From an uncultured Acidobacteriota bacterium (GTDB lineage: Bacteria; Acidobacteriota; UBA6911; RPQK01; JAPXNP01): a stretch of 12,573 bases of DNA. The DNA lies in contig CAVZRV010000053.1 in the NCBI GenBank assembly GCA_963777605.1, positions 1 through 12,573 of the forward strand, given 5' to 3'. The stretch's first letter is position 1, and each line of letters opens with the position of its first letter. Positions 7,707 to 12,573 of the stretch are shown one piece after another. Made by a program: the position numbers and the translations under genes. The notes below the pieces were generated by a model that was not told where the DNA came from, ran no database searches, and worked only from the letters and a program-made list of their open reading frames with translations.

Positions 7707-7916
7707 CTAGTCCTACCTCCGTGATAGAATTCCTATCGGTGTAGTAGGAAAAACCTTTTTGCAGTAGAGCGGGCCGGGACCGTTCATCCTGGCGCGCCGT
7801 CGTCCTGCTTCCTCCCAGTGGGGGTCATCCCGGGAGAAACTCTGAATCCAAAGATCGCTTTTGCGGTTTCAAGTCGTTCGCGTAAGTCCGTACCAGCGCA
7901 AGCTTTTTCATAGCAG

Positions 7917-7972
7917 ATGTTGGTTAGTTGGTTTCTTGGTTGCCTGGTAACCTGGTTTGTCGGTGAATTGGT
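7917..7972. repeat. Seven tandem degenerate 8-bp units (nnnYYGGT), candidate origin iterons
   Basis: atgttggt tagttggt ttcttggt tgcctggt aacctggt ttgtcggt gaattggt, with exact 8-bp period. Confidence 0.75.
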
Positions 7973-8393
7973 CATCCCGCCAACCTCTTCAAGACTGTCT
8001 CCACCAGGGAATAGGCGGGCTCGGTCTTCGACGTGACTACCTTGCAGCGGTACATCTTCCCGGTGAACATCGACGGTCGGATCATGTGGACCGGGATTCT
8101 GTGGTTTGCAACTGCGGCCATCTTTGCCAACTTTGACCGCAATGGGGCTTTCTTCCATCCGTACCGGACAAAGCAGGGAAGCACGATGCCTTCGAGGTTC
8201 CCAGGATCGTATATTCGGAACTTCAGGACCAGGCGTTGGGCCTTCTTCTCCCCAAACTGCGGGCAATGGATCTTCGTCACCGAGATGCACATCGCATCGA
8301 CCATTTTCACGTCGAGCCGGGAGGAACATCCTCGGACACGCAAAGGACTTCCTCGGGGCCCTCCTGGAGCTTTCGATCCGGGTCTGCGCTCAC
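7972..8393 (-). CDS. Hypothetical protein, possibly OB-fold/DUF669-like replication accessory; one apparent frameshift near 8325
   Basis: GTG 8393 directly follows the alpA stop. VSADPDRKLQEGPEEVLCVSEDVP joins RLDVKMVDAMC...LVLKFRIYD...SKLAK...FTGKMYRCKVVT...YSLVETVLKRLAG. Beta-rich pattern; the fold call is tentative. Confidence 0.55.
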
Positions 8394-8607
8394 CTACTGC
8401 CCCGCCTCAACCGTCGGCCGAGCTTCGAGCCACCGCTCCACTTCGTTGGAAAGCCACCCGACCAGGCCGGGGGCGATCTGCCGGCGAGCGGGTATGATTC
8501 CTTCCTTTTCGTAGCGGTAAAGCGAGGTTCGCGAACGGACGCCGACTGATCCTGCACATCTCGTTCGGGCGGATTACATGGGGTGTTTTCGGTTCAGCGT
8601 TTTCCAT
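8394..8607 (-). CDS. alpA: AlpA-family regulator/excisionase (one apparent frameshift near 8547)
   Basis: MENAEPKTPHVIRPNEMCRI plus the +1 frame VGVRSRTSLYRYEKEGIIPARRQIAPGLVGWLSNEVERWLEARPTVEAGQ* gives the classic AlpA pattern (SR..LYR..K.G..P...I....VGWL..EV..WL). Confidence 0.88.
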
Positions 8608-8613
8608 TTGCGC

Positions 8614-8632
8614 AGCATAGCACCATATGGTG
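8614..8632 (-). promoter_or_regulatory. Extended -10 promoter for a probably leaderless alpA mRNA, overlapped by a perfect 12-bp palindrome
   Basis: TG-C-TATGCT lies 6 nt before the ATG with no SD. CACCATATGGTG at 8621-8632. Confidence 0.55.
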
Positions 8633-8675
8633 AAAACGCTTTATTTGCAGATGTTTACAGACTTTTATGAGGCTT

Positions 8676-9351
8676 TTATACTGCGGTAGAATGCGGGTTT
8701 TCGGCGATTTTCGGGACCGGTCGAGAGGGCTTATATACCTTGTTGAGCATCACGCGCCAGTTTCTCATGGCGTTCCGGATGATCTTCTCCACCTCCGGGG
8801 CGATCCGTTCCGGGTCGTTGGGATCCGCTGGCAGATAGCGTTTTAGTTCTCGAATCAGTCTCCCGCGGGTGTCGGCGCCCCAGCCTGAGAGCTTGAGCCG
8901 GCCATGCATCGGCAATTAGAACGTCCACCAGGTATCGCCTGTACTTTCCGGCGGTTTTCGCCTCGATGAACCCGGTCGCCTCGTTGAACCGGAGGCCCTG
9001 CTCTTGGAGGCGGTCCAGGATCGCTTGGCCGAGTTGGTAAATTTCGATGAGCCGCTGGTATGTCCGCTGCATCCGAAATTCCAGATCCCCGTGGCCCATG
9101 GTGTCGTCGAAGTCGTAACGGTGGAGGATCCCACTCACCGTTCCCAATGACTCCCTCAGCCGCTCAATGTCGGCGCCCAGGCGATGCGGTGGGAACTGGC
9201 GGAGGAACACTTGCGGGTACAGCGGGTGGTCCTCCCGGAACTGAAACACCAGCCCGTGAGGGCTCTCGGGGAACAGGTCGCGGAGCGCAGCGCCAGGGGC
9301 GTCCATGTCCGCCTTCATTCGCTCCAATATTTCGCGGTCTTCATCGCTCAT
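8676..9351 (-). CDS. Hypothetical protein coupled to the integrase (ATGA overlap); probable frameshift near 8910
   Basis: MSDEDREILER... starts in the int stop codon after a GGAAAGGTGG RBS-like sequence. The C-terminus reads more protein-like in the 8676..8915 frame than in the frame ending at 8731. Confidence 0.6.
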
Positions 9352-10582
9352 CCGAACGCCACCACCTTTCCGCCTTCGCCCGTCAGGATCTGATTCAGTT
9401 TTGCAGACCATCGCTCAGCCGCTCGGCGTTTCTCGGAAAGCCGCTCCGACCTGTCATAAATTGCCGTTACACTCGCGTCCTGGCTCTTGTGATTCAGTAG
9501 CGCCCCGATGATGTAGCGCGAGACTCCGAGGTCGCCCATATGGGTTGCACAGGTACGTCTGAGCATATGCGGACCGAAACGGAACAGCGGTTCCGTTTTC
9601 GCCTTCTTTGCCCGTTCACGTTCCGTTGCGTTGATGCGTTTTGTCATGCTCTGTAGATACTTAACGTGCTTTCCTTCATCCAGCGCAAAAACCCACTCAT
9701 GCGCCCCGGTAATCCGTTCGAGATTGTCCAGGATGTCGATCGCGATGGGTGAGAGCGGGCAAGCATGCTCCCGTCCGTTTTTCGTGATCCACTCGGGCAG
9801 TTTCCATACTCGCTCTTTGCGGTCGATGTCCTGCCATCGCATCTTGCAGACTTCTCCTGGCCTCTGGCCGGTCACCAGGATCATTTTGAAAACCGATGCG
9901 GTCGGCTGCTCCCGGTTGTCGAGTTCGGCCCACAGCGCCTTAATCTGCTCGGCGTTGAGGTAATCTTTCTTTGGCTGTTCCTTGATGACTCGCTTCGTCC
10001 CTGCGACCGGGTTGTTCTCGACAATCTCGGCCTCGAATCCGATGTTGAACATCTTGGAGAGTAGACTCCTCACCCGGTTCGACTGGATCGGCCCGTTCTT
10101 GTCCGCGATGGTGTCGAGCAGGTCCACGACATCGCGCCTACGGATGTTCCTGGCTTTGATGTTCTGCCACGGCGGATAGACATATTTGTCGAGGATCCTC
10201 TGATCCTCCGCGATGCTGGCCGGCTTCTTATGTCTCTTGGCGTGTCGCCTCATGTAGTACTCGCCCAACTCCTTGACCGTCTTTGCCCGCCGGTGCTCCG
10301 TCTTCTGCTTCTGCGGGTCTTTCCCTTCAGCGGCCTTCTGGACGGCATCTCGGGCCGCGGTCGCGCCTTCTTGAGCTTCATAGCGGGATAGGTGCCGAGG
10401 GTCATTCTCCGGAGTCGATGTCGCCGGCCACCCGGTAGACACCACGAATGACTTGTGACCGGATCGAGTCACGCGGAGGCCAAATGAGCGACCCTGGAAT
10501 GATTCCTCCACACTTCCAGGCGGTCGCCTTCGGCCCTCTGATTTTTGATCAGAACGTCGGTCAACAGGGTAACTTTTGCCAT
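9348..10582 (-). CDS. int: P4-type tyrosine integrase with N-terminal arm-binding (Arm-DNA-bind_3/DUF4102-like) domain; ~4 apparent frameshifts in the first ~220 nt
   Basis: RBS GAGGAGG and ATG 10582. Reconstructed MAKVTLLTDVLIKNQRAEGDRLEVW/EESFQGRSFGLRVTRSGHKSFVV/YRVAG/RLRRMTLGTYPAMKLKKAR. Catalytic motifs TGQRPGE (R), TKNG (K), HMLRRT (HxxR), LNH (H) and AIYDR (Y) are intact. Confidence 0.95.
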
Positions 10583-10616
10583 CTCAAACCTCCTCACTCG
10601 GCCCTCTGACTTTTTC

Positions 10617-10635
10617 GGGGTAACATCGGGGTAAC
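10617..10635 (+). repeat. Integrase arm-type binding sites (right arm)
   Basis: GGGGTAAC at 10617-10624 and 10628-10635. Variants AGGGTAAC at 10566-10573 and GGGGTAAG at 10702-10709. Confidence 0.8.
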
Positions 10636-10768
10636 AAAATCCTCGATGTTAGAATTAGAACACGATGGTACGACAAGGCACAATGCAATGTTGAAAACAC
10701 AGGGGTAAGCGTCCATATTCAGCGGGTGCAGTGAACAGGCTGGAACAGCATGAAACGGGGTTTTGGAG

Positions 10769-10814
10769 ACTTTTAATCAGAGGGCCGTTGGTTCGAATCC
10801 AACACGACCCACCA
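10769..10814 (+). repeat. Right att site: 3' half of tRNA-Lys(TTT)
   Basis: Exact 46-bp copy of 1897-1942. No 5' tRNA half upstream. Confidence 0.95.
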
Positions 10815-10898
10815 TCCCCATCGATCTGCCCTTGATTTGTCGACACGCCCCGGCGGCCTATGACACGGAAAGCGCTGGGTTCGGCCGGAGACTCAGGG

Positions 10899-10904
10899 TA
10901 TAAT
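10899..10904 (+). promoter_or_regulatory. -10 element for the riboswitch-led transcript
   Basis: Perfect TATAAT 14 nt upstream of riboswitch P1. No clear -35. Confidence 0.55.
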
Positions 10905-10918
10905 TGACTTCGTAACAA

Positions 10919-11033
10919 GCATCAGGAAGCCCCGCTTGGGCGGGGCGCCAACCGGGGAGGGAGATCCCACGGTGGTGGGTTCCGAGGATTCGGAACCGAT
11001 GCGCGAAGGACGCACCTTCGAATGAAGTCTCCC
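10919..11033 (+). ncRNA. SAM-I/IV variant riboswitch aptamer
   Basis: P1 GCAUC/GAUGC (10919-23/10998-11002); J1/2 AGGAA; P2 GCCCCGC/GCGGGGC; P3 GCC-AA-CCG.GGGA/UCCC.CGG-U-GGU with the SAM-pocket AA/U internal loop; P4 GGUUCCGA/UCGGAACC; P5 CGAAGG/CCUUCG; PK-2 between L3 GGGAGA (10959-64) and UCUCCC (11028-33). Confidence 0.85.
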
Positions 11034-11084
11034 GGGAGCGCCTTGAAGAGAGGCCTCCGGAAAACTTCCTGCCGAGTATCTCCC

Positions 11085-11112
11085 GCCGTCGCCGGTGCGA
11101 CGGCTTTTGTTT
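11085..11112 (+). terminator. Intrinsic terminator (riboswitch expression platform)
   Basis: GCCGTCGC-CGGT-GCGACGGC followed by TTTTGTTT, upstream of the ATG at 11155. Confidence 0.85.
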
Positions 11113-11154
11113 GTCCGGTTCCCCTGATGCGTTTTCGAAAGAAGGAGACGCAGC

Positions 11155-11373
11155 ATGGAAAACAGTGAACTGGCGGTCCGGATCGACCCGTCGAACCCCA
11201 ATCACCACCTCTGGAACAACCACGGCACCTGGTGGATCCACTACACGGTCTACCCCAATCTCTGGTCGGCCGAGCGCATCCGCCGATCGCTCAAAACCCG
11301 CTCTCTGGAGGAGGCCCGCCGCCTCCGTGATCGGCACTTCACCACACTGTCAAAACTCGGAAACATTTCATAG
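11155..11373 (+). CDS. Small conserved-looking hypothetical protein, possibly a three-stranded beta-sheet/helix nucleic-acid-binding domain
   Basis: RBS AAGGAG. NPNHHLWNNHGTWWIHYT...RIRRSLKTRSLEEARRLRD resembles integrase-arm/AP2-like 'W...y......r.rrSL.T.....A...RD' domains. Confidence 0.8.
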   Translation: MENSELAVRIDPSNPNHHLWNNHGTWWIHYTVYPNLWSAERIRRSLKTRSLEEARRLRDRHFTTLSKLGNIS

Positions 11374-11382
11374 GGGGCCGTC

Positions 11383-12177
11383 ATGCAGCAACAGATCAGC
11401 CTGTGTCGAGTCTGGTCGAACGTCCGGGAGAACCGGGCTGCCTTGATTGAACGGGCCGTTGTGCTCGAAACCGATGTCCGAGTCTTCTGGGAAGACCCGC
11501 AGGGTTCGCAGAGCCTCCACCAGTTGGAGGGATTCACCGGGGATCTGGCCCGCGTCACGGAGACGTTTCAGCGACATGGGTTCACCCGGTGGATCTACGA
11601 AAGCCGCCTTCGCCGGATCGTCTTCCTGTCGGTTCCGGAACAGGAAAATGCGGGGTTCAAGCTTCTGGCCGAACTCACGGGCATTGCCGAAATCGGCTTC
11701 AAGCTCGAGTCCAGAAGTGTCCGGGAGGAACGCCTCAATCCGTTGGCTCGCGAAATCTACCTGCACGAGGCCGAACGGCCTCCCGAATCGGACGGCGACA
11801 CCGAACCGGTCGAGGGTTGGGGATTCCTCGTCCCCTGGTCGCCGGAGCGCCGCGAAGCGGTCCTGGTCGGCCGGGAAGAACTGATCGAAAGCCTGAAACG
11901 GCTGACCGGGATCTGGGAACAGAAAACCGGTCGCCGGGCGACACCGGAGGAGTGGAGCGTACATCACCGCTTCCTTGCGGCGACCGGCTTTCCACAGGTT
12001 GTCTTCGAGTTACCAGCCGGTGCCGAGCTGGAACAATGCTGGCAGTTTCGCGGCGAGGGCGAACCGGACCTGGTCGTCTCGCTCTATCGGGTCAAGGCCC
12101 CCGCGGTTCCCCCGCTCCGCCTCCTCCACGCAGCCCTGGGGATCGAAGTAGAACAAGTGCCCGCACTCGTCTCGTAA
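11383..12177 (+). CDS. Hypothetical protein, 264 aa, likely co-transcribed with 11155..11373
   Basis: 9-nt gap after the upstream gene, AGGGGG RBS, GC3-rich codon usage. No family recognised. Confidence 0.75.
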   Translation: MQQQISLCRVWSNVRENRAALIERAVVLETDVRVFWEDPQGSQSLHQLEGFTGDLARVTETFQRHGFTRWIYESRLRRIVFLSVPEQENAGFKLLAELTGIAEIGFKLESRSVREERLNPLAREIYLHEAERPPESDGDTEPVEGWGFLVPWSPERREAVLVGREELIESLKRLTGIWEQKTGRRATPEEWSVHHRFLAATGFPQVVFELPAGAELEQCWQFRGEGEPDLVVSLYRVKAPAVPPLRLLHAALGIEVEQVPALVS

Positions 12178-12219
12178 CCGAAGCAAGCAACCCCGGTCCG
12201 CCCGGTGGGCAACCAACTT

Positions 12220-12401
12220 CGGTCTGCCGCCTGACACAGAGGCGGGGGTAAGGAACGCGCCCCCGCGTTCCCGGACCGGCAACCAGCATCGAGACCGGTA
12301 CCGAACCACGCACGCAGGCCCGGTGAGGGCCTGCCTCTGTGTGCTCGACAGCCGCCCGGTCTGGCACCCAAACACAGAGCCGGGGGCAAGGAACGCGCCC
12401 C
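12220..12401. repeat. Imperfect ~45-bp direct repeat with palindromic parts (REP/MITE-like)
   Basis: CGGTCTG...ACACAGAG.CGGGGG(T/C)AAGGAACGCGCCCC at 12220-12264 and 12357-12401. Hairpin GGAACGCG-CCCC-CGCGTTCC at 12252-12271. Inverted CCTCTGTGT lies between the copies. Confidence 0.6.
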
Positions 12402-12573
12402 GGGGTTGGATCTTGGCACGTGTTCATGTCCTCGGTATCCAGGTTGTTTTTCGCATGTCGGCGCTGACAGAATTCGTTCGGGTGAGTGAGTGTCCTGTTT
12501 CATCTTCTGCAATGCCACTGCGAAGCGAAAGATCCTGCACGATGTGAATGAGATCGGTCAGCCCGAGTCGGAG

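Larger units (their letters stand above)
1897..10814. mobile_element. Integrated phage-satellite-like element (PICI-like) at a tRNA-Lys att; predicted excised circle 8872 bp
   Basis: 46-bp perfect direct repeats, integrase next to the right att, matching arm-type repeats inside both ends, AlpA, PC4, major capsid protein and TerS-like genes. Confidence 0.9.

Noticed and set aside
7723-7737. GATAG-N5-CTATC operator upstream of the PC4 operon
   Set aside because: Only 5-bp arms and no clear promoter, so it could be chance.
7784-8329. 181-aa ORF
   Set aside because: It is an alternative frame overlapping the better-supported 7972..8393 gene. Only its last 63 codons (7784..7975) could be a separate ORF, and they span the octamer array.
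8535-8560. Programmed frameshift in alpA
   Set aside because: No slippery heptamer at the junction, and similar indels occur throughout the window.
10735-10814. Intact tRNA-Lys gene at the right repeat
   Set aside because: Similarity to tRNA starts only at the GA before the anticodon loop; the 5' half is absent.
10919-11150. Lysine, T-box, TPP, cobalamin or glycine riboswitch
   Set aside because: Their conserved motifs are absent, whereas the SAM-clan P1/P3 core with P4, P5 and PK-2 fits.
10655-11337. Minus-strand ORFs 10655..10918, 10858..11337, 10893..11201
   Set aside because: They are antisense to the att, riboswitch and 72-aa gene, and look like GC-rich shadow ORFs.
12220-12401. CRISPR array
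   Set aside because: Only two imperfect copies ~90 bp apart and no cas genes.

Overview
Most of the window is an ~8.9-kb integrated element (1897-10814) bounded by a perfect 46-bp direct repeat of the 3' half of tRNA-Lys(TTT). On the minus strand it encodes a P4-type tyrosine integrase, a coupled hypothetical gene, AlpA, a putative OB-fold protein, a 7x8-bp iteron-like array, a PC4-family ssDNA-binding protein, several small ORFs, an HK97-fold major capsid protein and a Zn-finger/TerS-like pair. No portal, TerL, prohead protease, primase or tail gene is recognisable, so it looks like a minimal phage satellite. Its cargo (DUF4238 plus a two-gene pair) resembles anti-phage defence genes. Neither repeat copy is a whole tRNA. 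The left flank has a second set of arm-type sites, a tRNA-Ala 3' fragment, an HTH-membrane fusion gene and the start of an IS transposase, which points to stacked islands. Right of the element, a SAM-I/IV-type riboswitch with terminator and RBS-sequester hairpins precedes two uncharacterised genes. Many genes carry apparent short-indel frameshifts (sequencing error or decay), so several gene models are reconstructed by eye. All family calls come from motif recognition, not database searches.
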